Of a stretch of DNA of 57,249 nt, positions 26,407 to 35,362 are shown piece after piece. The translations under genes and the position numbers were made by a program. The notes beneath the pieces were generated by a model. The model was not told the origin of the DNA, made no database searches, and saw nothing but the letters and a program-made list of their open reading frames with translations. Source of the stretch: Thermoplasmatota archaeon (GTDB lineage: Archaea > Thermoplasmatota > E2 > JACPAO01 > JAHFTW01); NCBI GenBank assembly GCA_049617695.1, contig JBMZJT010000004.1, forward strand, positions 1 through 57,249, given 5' to 3'. Every line of letters starts with the position of its first letter. The first letter of the stretch is position 1.

Positions 26407-27314
26407 AGGAGAAAGGCTTGCCCCCCGGCATGCTTCGGCGCCTCGGAACGATGTTCTGGTTCACCCTCGCCTTGGGCTTCACCGGATTTGGCAATGCCAC
26501 GGAGCTGATCACCATGCCCGGCTTCGGATGGATTGGCGTCGCCATCGCCATGGGCATGTTCCTCTTGTGGCGCGACCGGACCCGCCCCCGTGCCAATGGA
26601 TTCTGGATTCTGATGGGCATCATTTGGTTCGCCTTCGTGCTGATCCCCATCCGACCCTACCTGGGCATCGTCGCCGCCCTACCCGTGGCCTTGCTGTGGC
26701 TCCACGACAGCCCCGCGACGCCAAGCGCCATGCTGACATGGGGCCTGGTCGCGGTCTTGGCTCAGGACCCCGTCGTCTGGGAATTGGCAGACGTGGACAC
26801 GGCGTTCTACGTCATCCTCGCCATGACGTTCGTCATCGGCGCCGCGCAATCCGAGCGGGAGCGGTTGGCGACACAGTATGCACCGACAAGTCGGGTCTGG
26901 ATGCTGGCGCGTTTGGCGGCCCTGCTGATGTGGAGTCTGACCTTGCTGGCGGCTCGCGACAACCTCACGGCGATCAATTTGTTCACGTACCTCGGCTTCG
27001 ACCTCTCCGGCGTCGCTGGCAAGGCCACGGTGCTGTTGCTGATGCTTTTGGCATTGGCCAGCGCGGCGCTCTTGTTCCGCGTGCGGCCCGTCAAGCAAGT
27101 TGACCCATTCGCGCAGCCCCGAGACAAGCAAGGCCGGCGCGTGGCGCGTGAACTCAAAGAAGCGGATTTCGACGCGGCCCCCAAACGGGAAAAGCGCCAG
27201 AAATCCACGCCGACCGCCCCGGATGCGAATGTCCGTCCCAGTCCGGCGACGCCCAAGGCCCCCAAGCCAAAACCGGCGGGTGCGCTCAAGCCTGGAGAGA
27301 TCGACTTCGACTGA
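26403..27314 (+). CDS. polytopic membrane protein with K/P-rich tail, hypothetical
   Basis: ATGA overlap with the DUF58 gene. About 6 TM helices and a basic tail PATPKAPKPKPAGALKPGE. Confidence 0.62.
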   Translation: MKEKGLPPGMLRRLGTMFWFTLALGFTGFGNATELITMPGFGWIGVAIAMGMFLLWRDRTRPRANGFWILMGIIWFAFVLIPIRPYLGIVAALPVALLWLHDSPATPSAMLTWGLVAVLAQDPVVWELADVDTAFYVILAMTFVIGAAQSERERLATQYAPTSRVWMLARLAALLMWSLTLLAARDNLTAINLFTYLGFDLSGVAGKATVLLLMLLALASAALLFRVRPVKQVDPFAQPRDKQGRRVARELKEADFDAAPKREKRQKSTPTAPDANVRPSPATPKAPKPKPAGALKPGEIDFD

Positions 27315-27789
27315 GCAGCCACGCACCCACCAGGCCGAGCAGGCTCATGCCGACGAGCACGTATTGCGCCAGGGGCGTCCCGTCGTTCCATGCGATGAAT
27401 GCCCCGAGATCTAGCAGGGCAAGGGCCACGAGCACGGCGCCGAGCCGTTGCGCCGCCTTGGTGATGGTAGAGCGGCTGGCCCAATGGACGCCGCCAGAAA
27501 GCGCGAGGCCGGCGATGAGCAACGTGATGCCGAGGCCCAGGGCGATCCCGCCCGCGAGATCCGCCCAACCATCGGACGTGTCTTGCAGGAGGATGCTGGC
27601 GCCCACGAAGATGCCGATGGCGGCCAACCCGAGCAGGCCGATGCTGCCCACTCCAAGGAGGCGCAAGGGCCAGCGCAGCTCCGGGATGTGCGGGTGAATC
27701 CAAGCAAAGGGCCAACGAGCCACAAGCCCGATGGGTCCCTCCTTGGCTTGGACTTGTCGCACGATACGCTCAAGAACAAGCGCCGGCAC
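27286..27789 (-). CDS. membrane protein, hypothetical (start uncertain)
   Basis: 4 predicted TM helices. GTG start lies only 8 nt from the divergent aguB ATG, so the true start may be further downstream. Confidence 0.55.
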   Translation of the reverse strand: MPALVLERIVRQVQAKEGPIGLVARWPFAWIHPHIPELRWPLRLLGVGSIGLLGLAAIGIFVGASILLQDTSDGWADLAGGIALGLGITLLIAGLALSGGVHWASRSTITKAAQRLGAVLVALALLDLGAFIAWNDGTPLAQYVLVGMSLLGLVGAWLLSRSRSLQA

Positions 27790-27797
27790 GACCCATC

Positions 27798-28682
27798 ATG
27801 GTCCGGGTCGCCTTGGTCCAGACGCACGCCGATGCCAGCCGCGAGGCCAACCTAGAGCGCACGCTGGCATTGATCGATCAAGCGGCGGCCGACGGCGCCC
27901 AGATTGTCTGCTTGCAGGAGCTGTTTCTTGGCCCGTACTTTTGCCAGGAAGAAGACCACAGCGAGTTCGACCGCGCGGAGGCCATTCCAGGCCCGGCCAC
28001 CGACGTCCTCGGCCAGAAAGCGGCAGAACACGAAGTCGTGATTCTTGCAAGCCTGTTCGAAAAGCGAGCCCGCGGCTTGTACCACAACACCCTGGCCGTG
28101 CTGGATGCCGACGGGAGCTACTTGGGCAAGTATCGCAAGATGCACATTCCCGACGACCCGCGATTCTACGAGAAGTTCTACTTCACGCCGGGCGACGTGG
28201 CCCCGATTGAAGGCGCCGCTGCGACGGAGAATGGGTTCGCTGCCTGGGACACGGCATACGGCCGCATCGGCGCCCTGGTGTGCTGGGACCAATGGTACCC
28301 AGAAGCTGCCCGCGCAACGGCCCTGCTGGGCGCGGACATTCTGTTCTATCCGACGGCCATCGGCACGTGGCATGGCGAAATGGAGCTGAAGGAAGAGCAG
28401 CTGCGTGCTTGGCAAGGCGTCCAACGAGGCCACGCCATTGCCAACGGCGTCTACACGGTGGCCGTCAACCGCGTCGGCACCGAGGATGAACTGGAATTCT
28501 GGGGGCACAGCTTCTGCTTCGGCCCCGCCGGCGAGACCATCTGCGAGTTGGGCGAAAGCGAGGAGGTCCGCGTGGTGGATTTGGACCTGGACCGCATCGA
28601 GACCCAGCGGCGCGGCTGGCCTTTCCTGCGCGATCGTCGCATCGACGCCTATGGCGCGATCACGCGTCGTTTTGGCTCCTGA
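27798..28682 (+). CDS. aguB: N-carbamoylputrescine amidase (CN-hydrolase family)
   Basis: VALVQ...QIVCLQELF, KMHIPDD and LVCWDQWYPE carry the Glu-Lys-Cys triad context. Agmatine deiminase is encoded nearby. Confidence 0.86.
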   Translation: MVRVALVQTHADASREANLERTLALIDQAAADGAQIVCLQELFLGPYFCQEEDHSEFDRAEAIPGPATDVLGQKAAEHEVVILASLFEKRARGLYHNTLAVLDADGSYLGKYRKMHIPDDPRFYEKFYFTPGDVAPIEGAAATENGFAAWDTAYGRIGALVCWDQWYPEAARATALLGADILFYPTAIGTWHGEMELKEEQLRAWQGVQRGHAIANGVYTVAVNRVGTEDELEFWGHSFCFGPAGETICELGESEEVRVVDLDLDRIETQRRGWPFLRDRRIDAYGAITRRFGS

Positions 28683-29034
28683 GCGACCGCCACGCGCCGA
28701 AAGCGGCCACCCCGTGAACGATGGCGAGCAGGCCGACGACGAAGCCTTCGAGGCCCCATCCACCATCCAGCACGTTGAGCAGAATCAGCGCCACGAGGAG
28801 GCCGGATTGGATGGCGAAGAAGCCCCAAAACCAGCGCACGACGCGACCTGCGCCACGATGAACCGCCCGTGCACACAGGGCTTGAATGACCACGATGCTC
28901 AAGCTCAAGCCGAAAATCAGGATGCCCAAACCGGACGCGCCATCGTCGGGCAGGGTTTGCAGCACCGCCGCTGCAATGGCGATCCAGGCCAGGCTGGTGA
29001 TGAGCGTCCAACGGAACGTCCAAGCGGCGTTCAT
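28660..29034 (-). CDS. small 4-TM membrane protein, hypothetical
   Basis: ATG 29034 overlaps the stop of the TfoX-like gene (ATGA). MNAAWTFRWTLITSLAWIAIAAAVL... Confidence 0.55.
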   Translation of the reverse strand: MNAAWTFRWTLITSLAWIAIAAAVLQTLPDDGASGLGILIFGLSLSIVVIQALCARAVHRGAGRVVRWFWGFFAIQSGLLVALILLNVLDGGWGLEGFVVGLLAIVHGVAAFGAWRSLRSQNDA

Positions 29035-29345
29035 TTGGGCGGCAGGGTCGCGGCGAAGCCATGGGCTCGGCCGAGCCATTCGACGAGTTCAGCGTCTTCG
29101 GCGATGTCGTCCTGGGCCGCGAGATACCAGCCTTTCATCGGCTTGCCCTTGCCCATCGGATCGAAGGGCGTGGTCCCAGGCGCTTGTTCGGCAGGGTCGA
29201 GTCGGACCAACAAGTCGTCGCCGCTGACGCCGTAGGCCATGTTGCCATCGAGGACCCAGCATCTGGCGCCAAAGACGTTCTTCTCGTGCATGTCCGGCGA
29301 TGCCAAACCTCGCACGCGTTCGACCAGGACCTCGTCATAGGCCAT
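29031..29345 (-). CDS. TfoX N-terminal domain-like protein
   Basis: MAYDEVLVERVRGL...MHEKNVFGARCWVLDGNMAYGV...LVRL resembles TfoX_N. ATG 29345 preferred over 29363. Confidence 0.7.
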   Translation of the reverse strand: MAYDEVLVERVRGLASPDMHEKNVFGARCWVLDGNMAYGVSGDDLLVRLDPAEQAPGTTPFDPMGKGKPMKGWYLAAQDDIAEDAELVEWLGRAHGFAATLPPK

Positions 29346-29396
29346 GCAACTGCACGTTGGCATAGCCTTGTAAGTCCGGCGGCAGGGTCACGGAAT

Positions 29397-29915
29397 GTGC
29401 AAGCGACCCTTGGCGGCGGCTGTTTCTGGTGCATTGAAGCGGCCCTGAAGGACATTCGTGGCGTGGAACGCGTGGTCAGCGGCTATGCCGGTGGCCACGT
29501 CGACAACCCATCCTATGAGGCCGTATGTGGCGGCCAAACCGGCCATGCGGAAGTGGTGCAAGTGGACTTCGACGAGACCGAATTGCCCTTCGCTGATCTG
29601 CTGCGGATTTTCTTCAGCATCCATGATCCCACCACCCTGAATCGGCAAGGTGCCGATGTCGGCACCCAGTACCGCAGCGCCATTTTCACCCATGATGCCA
29701 GCCAAGCGGAGACAGCGCGCGCGGTCATCGTCGAGGTGCAGGAGCATTTCGACGACAGCATCGTGACCCAAGTGGCACCCCTGGACCGGTTCTGGCCAGC
29801 CGAGGACGACCACCAGGATTACTACGCCCGCAATCCGCGGCAAGGCTACTGCGCCGCCGTCATCAGCCCGAAGCTAGCCAAGTTGCGCCAGACCTGGGCG
29901 CACCGGCTCAAGTAG
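29397..29915 (+). CDS. msrA: peptide-methionine (S)-S-oxide reductase
   Basis: GTG 29397 gives VQATLGGGCFWCIEAAL, containing the GCFWC active site, plus HAEVVQVDFD and YHQDYY-like HQDYY. Confidence 0.9.
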   Translation: MQATLGGGCFWCIEAALKDIRGVERVVSGYAGGHVDNPSYEAVCGGQTGHAEVVQVDFDETELPFADLLRIFFSIHDPTTLNRQGADVGTQYRSAIFTHDASQAETARAVIVEVQEHFDDSIVTQVAPLDRFWPAEDDHQDYYARNPRQGYCAAVISPKLAKLRQTWAHRLK

Positions 29916-29929
29916 GACTTCGCCTTGGC

Positions 29930-30958
29930 GTGGCCGTGACCTGGCGTCTGCCGGCAGAATGGGAACCGCAAGAGCGCATCTGGCTCGTCTGGCCTCGTGA
30001 CGAGACGACATGGCCTGGCGACCACTTGGCCAGCGCCCGACGCGCCTTCGTCCACGCGATGCAAGAACTCGCGCCGCAGCCCGTGTCGCTTCTGGCCCAT
30101 CCAGAAACCGCGTCCGGCGCCCGCGACGCCATCCAGCACCTCGACCATGTCACGTTGGTGGAAGCCGAGCACGTGGACTCCTGGATTCGCGACTACGGAC
30201 CCCTGACCCTGCTGAGCGAGGACAAAACCCGCACCCTGAAGTTCCGCTTCGACGCGTGGGGCGAAAAATACGAGACGCTCATGGCGGATGATTCCGTCGT
30301 CGAGCGCCTTGCCGCCGCCGGGCATATGCCGGCGCCCGAAACCATCGACTTCGTCCTCGAAGGCGGCGCCGTGGAAACTGACGGCCAAGGCACGTTCCTC
30401 GCCACTGAATCCGTCGCCGCAGGACGCGGCCAAAGTCTTGAGGAACACCACGAAGCTCTGCACCGGCACCTCGGCGCCCAGCATGTCATTTGGCTTGGCG
30501 ACGGCATCCAGGGCGACGACACCGACGGCCACATCGACACCATCACGAGATTCGTCGGACCGGCGACCGTGGTCACGACCGTTGCACCCAAAGGCCACCC
30601 CGATGAGCCTGCTTTGACGGCCAACTTGCGGCGCCTGCGCGGTGCCACGGATGCAGCAGGCCACGCCTTGACCATCCACACCTTGCCCGTGCCCGACGCC
30701 ATCACGACGGACGATGGCGAACCCCTACCTGCCGGCCACGCTAACTTCCTGATTGGCAACCACGCCGTGCTGGTGCCGACCTATGGCGGCAGCTCCGACG
30801 CCGAGGCCTTGGACGTCCTGGGCCGATGCTTCCCGGACTGGCGCGTCGTCGGCATCGACCACCGCGACTTGATCTGGGGCTTTGGCGGCATCCATTGTCT
30901 GTCCATGCAGATTCCCGCGTCGCCACGCGCCGCAGCCAGCGACGCCATGCAGGGTTGA
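29930..30958 (+). CDS. aguA: agmatine deiminase
   Basis: LPAEWEPQERIWLVWP, DSWIRDYGP and GGIHCLSMQIP (catalytic Cys). Confidence 0.9.
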   Translation: MAVTWRLPAEWEPQERIWLVWPRDETTWPGDHLASARRAFVHAMQELAPQPVSLLAHPETASGARDAIQHLDHVTLVEAEHVDSWIRDYGPLTLLSEDKTRTLKFRFDAWGEKYETLMADDSVVERLAAAGHMPAPETIDFVLEGGAVETDGQGTFLATESVAAGRGQSLEEHHEALHRHLGAQHVIWLGDGIQGDDTDGHIDTITRFVGPATVVTTVAPKGHPDEPALTANLRRLRGATDAAGHALTIHTLPVPDAITTDDGEPLPAGHANFLIGNHAVLVPTYGGSSDAEALDVLGRCFPDWRVVGIDHRDLIWGFGGIHCLSMQIPASPRAAASDAMQG

Positions 30959-31009
30959 CGGGTTCACATTGGGTCGGATTCATCAAGGGTCGTCGCGTCC
31001 CTTGGGTTC

Positions 31010-32569
31010 ATGCCCCACTTGAGCGCGTCCTATGCAGTGACGGTGCGCCTAGAGATCTCCAACAAGCCCGGCATGCTGGGCAAAATCGCCACGCAGATTG
31101 GCGAAGACGGCGGCAGCATCGGCGCCATTGACACCGTCCGCATCGAAGGCGCGAACCTTGTGCGCGACTTGACCATCAACTGCATGGATGTCGCCCATGA
31201 GAAGCGCATCGTCAAGGGCCTCGAGAAGCTTGAAGGCGTCGTCGTCGTGGCGCGCAGTGACCGCACTTTCCTGACCCACTTGGGCGGCAAAATCGAGGTC
31301 AAGAGCAAGCTTCCCCTGAAGACCCGTGACGACCTCTCGATGGCCTACACGCCTGGCGTGGCCCGCGTTTGCATGGAGATCGCTGAGAAGCCCGACGCGT
31401 CGTTCAACCTCACCATCCGCAAGAACACAGTTGCCGTCGTCAGCAACGGCACGGCCGTACTTGGCCTTGGCAACATCGGTCCCGAAGCGGCCATGCCCGT
31501 CATGGAGGGCAAGGCGCAGTTGTTCAAGGAATTCGGCGACGTCAACGCATTCCCCCTCTGCGTGGACCTGAAGGACGCCGACGACATCGTCGCCTTCGTC
31601 AAGGCCGTTGCACCCACGTTTGGCGGCATCAACCTCGAAGACATCGCCGCGCCGACCTGCTTCGAAGTCGAACAACGCCTCAAGGAAGAACTGGACATTC
31701 CGGTCTTCCACGACGACCAGCACGGCACCGCCGTCGTCATGATGGCCGGCCTCATCAATGCCCTCAAAGTCGTCGACAAGAAGATCGAAGACTGCAAGAT
31801 TGTCGTCAGCGGCGTCGGTGCCGCCGGCGTGGCCTGCACGAAATTGATGCTGGACTACGGCGCCACCAACATCATCGGCTGCGACTCCAAGGGCGCCGTC
31901 CACCGCGGCCGCTCGGATCTGAACAGCAGCAAGCAAGAATACGCCGAGCTGACCAATCCTGACAACTTCCAGGGGACGCTCAAGGAAGCGCTGGCCGGCG
32001 CCGACATCTTCATCGGCCTCAGCGCCCCCAACCTGTTTGGTCGCAAGGAAGTCGAGACCATGGCCGACAAGCCAATTCTGTTTGCCATGAGCAACCCCGA
32101 CCCGGAAATCACGCCGGAAGAAGCCGGCGACGTCGGCGTCATGGCCACCGGTCGCAGCGACTACCCCAACCAAATCAACAACGTCCTGGCATTCCCCGGC
32201 ATCTTCGCCGGCGCCTTGCGCGCAGGCGCCAAGGAAATCAACGACGCGATGAACCTAGCTGCCGCTGAAGCAATTGCCAGCCTCGTCGCGCCGGAAGAAC
32301 TCCGGGCAGACTACATCATTCCCAGCGTGTTCCACCCGCGCGTTGGCAAGGTCGTGGCCCGCGCCGTGCGTGCTGCAGCCAATGACACCGGCGTCTGCCG
32401 GCGCAACGTGCGCTTGCCCGCGCTCGGCTCAACTCCTGAGTGTTTGCCTCAGTGCTTCTTAGGCGCCCATGGCCCGCAGCATCCAGGCGGTCTTCTCATG
32501 CACCGAGAGCCGCTGGGTCAGAATGTCGAGGGTACCCTGGTCGTTGGCGGCTTCCGCCGTCGCCCATAG
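31010..32569 (+). CDS. NAD(P)-dependent malic enzyme with N-terminal ACT domain
   Basis: ACT-like SYAVTVRLEISNKPGMLGKI, then LSMAYTPGVARVC, GTAVLGLGNIGPEAAMPVMEGKA and VSGVGAAGVA. The C-terminal 37 codons overlap dps on the other strand (see findings). Confidence 0.88.
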   Translation: MPHLSASYAVTVRLEISNKPGMLGKIATQIGEDGGSIGAIDTVRIEGANLVRDLTINCMDVAHEKRIVKGLEKLEGVVVVARSDRTFLTHLGGKIEVKSKLPLKTRDDLSMAYTPGVARVCMEIAEKPDASFNLTIRKNTVAVVSNGTAVLGLGNIGPEAAMPVMEGKAQLFKEFGDVNAFPLCVDLKDADDIVAFVKAVAPTFGGINLEDIAAPTCFEVEQRLKEELDIPVFHDDQHGTAVVMMAGLINALKVVDKKIEDCKIVVSGVGAAGVACTKLMLDYGATNIIGCDSKGAVHRGRSDLNSSKQEYAELTNPDNFQGTLKEALAGADIFIGLSAPNLFGRKEVETMADKPILFAMSNPDPEITPEEAGDVGVMATGRSDYPNQINNVLAFPGIFAGALRAGAKEINDAMNLAAAEAIASLVAPEELRADYIIPSVFHPRVGKVVARAVRAAANDTGVCRRNVRLPALGSTPECLPQCFLGAHGPQHPGGLLMHREPLGQNVEGTLVVGGFRRRP

Positions 32570-32932
32570 GCCGCGAATGGTTCGTGCCACGGTTTCGTGG
32601 CCCTTGACCAGGTCCGCGACCATGGCCATGGCGTCGCCGTCCGTGTCCGGTCCAATGGACGTGCGCTCGGAGAACGCGGCGTAGCCTGCCGGCGCAGGGT
32701 GGCCCAAGCTGCGGATACGCTCGGCGATGTCGTCGACAGCCGTCCAGAGCTCATTGTAGTGCTCCTCGAAGAGGACATGGAGCGTCTGGAACATCGGACC
32801 CGTGACATTCCAATGGTAGCCGTGGGTCTTCAGGTACAGCGTGTACGTGTCGGCCAAGACATGGCCCAGGCCTTCGGAAATGGTCTTGCGTGCATCGTCG
32901 GGGATGCCTAGGTCGATGGTTTGGGCTTGCAT
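32459..32932 (-). CDS. dps: Dps-family DNA-protection / ferritin-like protein
   Basis: From ATG 32932: MQAQTIDLGIPDDARKTISEGLGHVLADTYTLYLKTHGYHWNVTGPMFQTLHVLFEEHY, classic Dps. Confidence 0.9.
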   Translation of the reverse strand: MQAQTIDLGIPDDARKTISEGLGHVLADTYTLYLKTHGYHWNVTGPMFQTLHVLFEEHYNELWTAVDDIAERIRSLGHPAPAGYAAFSERTSIGPDTDGDAMAMVADLVKGHETVARTIRGLWATAEAANDQGTLDILTQRLSVHEKTAWMLRAMGA

Positions 32933-33002
32933 CACGTGGCGATTCGGGGGCGTGGCTAAGAGGTTGCGGCCTGGGCGACTGTTCGACGCGTGTCCGGCCG
33001 CG

Positions 33003-33010
33003 TTTATATC
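33003..33010 (+). promoter_or_regulatory. TATA box TTTATATC
   Basis: Centred 27-28 nt upstream of ATG 33034, implying a leaderless transcript. Confidence 0.45.
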
Positions 33011-33033
33011 TGCTGGCCGCGCCATTCCCTTGT

Positions 33034-34092
33034 ATGAAGGGCGCAAGTTGGGTTCTCGTCCTCCTTCTGGCCTTTTCGCCCGTGGCGGCGCAGCCGGAGG
33101 GCCAAGGGCAGGATCCGGATCGTGGGGACGCCCGGGACGGACGCGCATCTGCCGACGATCGCCGGATGCAGACCCGAGACGACGTGGGCGACGGATTCGA
33201 CGGCCGCTGGGTCGATTTCACGAGAACGCCGGCAGGCCTGACGGACTTCACGGTCCACGAGATCCTCATCATCGAGGCCTTGACGTTCTCGGCAACATTC
33301 GACGAGCTCGAACGGAAGGGCAATCGCGTTGTCTTCGAAGGCCCGGATGGTCGCCTGACATTGAGTGACAGCCGCACCGGCCACCTTGCATTCCAACTTC
33401 CTGGCGGCGCCGAACTGACATTCAGCGAGGAAACCACGTTCACCGCGCGGGGTGACCATGTCGAAGCATCCGGACCGGGATTCCGGGCGTTTCTGAAGGG
33501 CAATCTGGACATCAACGGCACGACCGTGACCGCGACGGAGTTGGCCTTTCACGTGATCCCCGGGGACGCTCGCTCCGATCGGCCTGAAGTCGCGCAAGCC
33601 ATTGAGGCGCGCCGCGTGGCAGGGGAGATTCGCATCCGCGACACACCCGAAGTGCTGGTCTACGACGACGTGGACATCACGGTCGACGAGAGCGACGACG
33701 GCCTCCGGGTCGTGTTTGACGCCGAATTGGACGCTGGGCGGACGTTCGTCGTCGACGTCGATCCCAGTCGCCTGCGCGGCCCCGACCTTCAGCTGCGCTA
33801 CTTTGACGTCCACGAAGCCGGCGAAACCGAAGTGGTGTTTTCCCAAGCATCGAGCCTGGACGACATCCTGGACCCCGATGACGATGGGGGGCAGCCAGAA
33901 TACTGGGTCGTGCGTGACGCCGACGGCCTGCAAGTGATGGTCAGCGTGCCCCATTGGAGCGTCCATGCCATCACGATTCAGTCCATCGGCGCCTTCGTGT
34001 CCCAGCCAAGCGTCCTCGTCGGCATCGCAGCCGGAATCGGTGGCGTCGGTGTGGCGGCCTTGCTGTTGCTTCGACCTCGGCGCGACATCTAG
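33034..34092 (+). CDS. exported protein with C-terminal TM anchor, hypothetical
   Basis: Signal peptide MKGASWVLVLLLAFSPVAAQP and C-terminal VLVGIAAGIGGVGVAALLLLRPRRDI. Confidence 0.65.
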   Translation: MKGASWVLVLLLAFSPVAAQPEGQGQDPDRGDARDGRASADDRRMQTRDDVGDGFDGRWVDFTRTPAGLTDFTVHEILIIEALTFSATFDELERKGNRVVFEGPDGRLTLSDSRTGHLAFQLPGGAELTFSEETTFTARGDHVEASGPGFRAFLKGNLDINGTTVTATELAFHVIPGDARSDRPEVAQAIEARRVAGEIRIRDTPEVLVYDDVDITVDESDDGLRVVFDAELDAGRTFVVDVDPSRLRGPDLQLRYFDVHEAGETEVVFSQASSLDDILDPDDDGGQPEYWVVRDADGLQVMVSVPHWSVHAITIQSIGAFVSQPSVLVGIAAGIGGVGVAALLLLRPRRDI

Positions 34093-34625
34093 CGCAGCGA
34101 CATCCAGGTTTTGGCGAACCGATCGACGGCCGAGTCCAGGAAACTCTCCCGGTAGGTGACGAGCACATTGGCGACGCGCTCCGCATCGAGAAGACGGATA
34201 TGCTTGGTGCGGCCAGCGGGCAACTCTTCGATGATGCCGGCAAGCCGGAGTTTCTTGAGATGAAAGCTTAGGGTCGCCGCACTGACCCCGGCGACGGCGC
34301 GCAATTGCTTGGGCGTGCAATCCGGATGCAGGGCCAAGTGGGCACAGATGCGTCGCACGACGTCTTGGCGGACCAAGGCCAGGATGTCTTTGTCGCGCCG
34401 ATCCAGGCCATCGGCGGGAAAGAACGCCTTGTGGCCCCCGACGTCGCGGGCGACCAAGTGCTCCGTGCGCAGCAAGTGGTAGCAATGGTACTCGAGGCTG
34501 CTCACGGCGAGACCCAAATGCTGGGCCAAGGCACGCAAATGCAAGCCAGGATTCTCGGCGACCGCATCCACGATCTTGCGCCGCATGGGCAAGTCAAGGA
34601 TGTTGTCGCGCGTCGGCGGCGGCAT
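34089..34625 (-). CDS. transcriptional regulator with two winged-helix (ArsR-like) domains
   Basis: ATG 34625 shares one nt with the upstream stop (TGATG). RRKIVDAVAENPGLHLRALAQHLGLAVSSLEYHCYHLLRTEHL and VRRICAHLALHPDCTPKQLRAVAGVSAATLSFHLKKLRLAGII. Confidence 0.75.
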   Translation of the reverse strand: MPPPTRDNILDLPMRRKIVDAVAENPGLHLRALAQHLGLAVSSLEYHCYHLLRTEHLVARDVGGHKAFFPADGLDRRDKDILALVRQDVVRRICAHLALHPDCTPKQLRAVAGVSAATLSFHLKKLRLAGIIEELPAGRTKHIRLLDAERVANVLVTYRESFLDSAVDRFAKTWMSLR

Positions 34626-34912
34626 CAGTCCTTCAGCACCGCAAGGTACAGGGCCAAAATGATGCCCAAATCCATGACTGCGAGGGACGCCGTTGGACTC
34701 CAACCGGCGGCGACGTCACCGCGCGCTTGGTACAAAGCCCACGTCAACCAAGCGCCTTTCAAGGCAAACGCGGCAAAGGCAATGGCCAGCCACAGAAAGC
34801 GCCCATGACCCATGCGCCGATGCGCCACCGCGGCCACGCCTGCAAGCAAGCATGCAAGTCCAGTCAGCAGGATCGCAGCGGCGACGGCGATGTTGGCGGG
34901 CAGGGCACCCAT
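34625..34912 (-). CDS. 3-TM small membrane protein, hypothetical
   Basis: 95 aa, hydrophobic throughout, translationally coupled to the regulator. Confidence 0.55.
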   Translation of the reverse strand: MGALPANIAVAAAILLTGLACLLAGVAAVAHRRMGHGRFLWLAIAFAAFALKGAWLTWALYQARGDVAAGWSPTASLAVMDLGIILALYLAVLKD

Positions 34913-34936
34913 CGATGCGCCATCACGGTTCGTCCG

Positions 34937-35362
34937 TTAAGCCGTGTCGCGTGCGTCCCGTTCGGCCATGAGGCGCTCGGCCAGCCGCCGGGTGGCGTCG
35001 TCCATGGATCGCGGCAAGCGAAAGCCGTCCGTGTGGGGGCAATAGTCGGCATCCAGGGTGGCGCGGCGCAGGCCTTCATCCCAGACGGCGGGATAGAGAC
35101 GGCAACCAGCGGGTCGGTCCGCCCAGACACTGCATCGGCCTTCGACCAGGAACCAACAAGGCCGAGGCCCGTCGGCGTCGCGGCCCTGCAATTGCAGAAA
35201 TCCATCGTCGGCTTGGAACCAGAACGCCTCGCCAGGGCGGAGTCGTTGCAACCGGGCCAGGTCGGCTTCTGTGAGCAGCATCTCGATGTCGTGGCAGCAA
35301 TCGCTGCATCCGTGCTGTTCGCAGGGCGACCCTGCCACCGTCGGCAACGCGGGCAGGCTCAC
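34937..35362 (-). CDS. YkgJ-family (UPF0153) cysteine-cluster protein
   Basis: GTG 35362 overlaps the dcd stop (GTGA). CEQHGCSDCC and CWFLVEGRCSVWADRPAGCRLYP motifs. Confidence 0.72.
   Translation of the reverse strand: MSLPALPTVAGSPCEQHGCSDCCHDIEMLLTEADLARLQRLRPGEAFWFQADDGFLQLQGRDADGPRPCWFLVEGRCSVWADRPAGCRLYPAVWDEGLRRATLDADYCPHTDGFRLPRSMDDATRRLAERLMAERDARDTA

Noticed and set aside
27852-28766. 304-aa minus ORF
   Set aside because: Antisense to the CN-hydrolase gene aguB.
31049-32173. 374-aa minus ORF
   Set aside because: Antisense to the malic enzyme gene.
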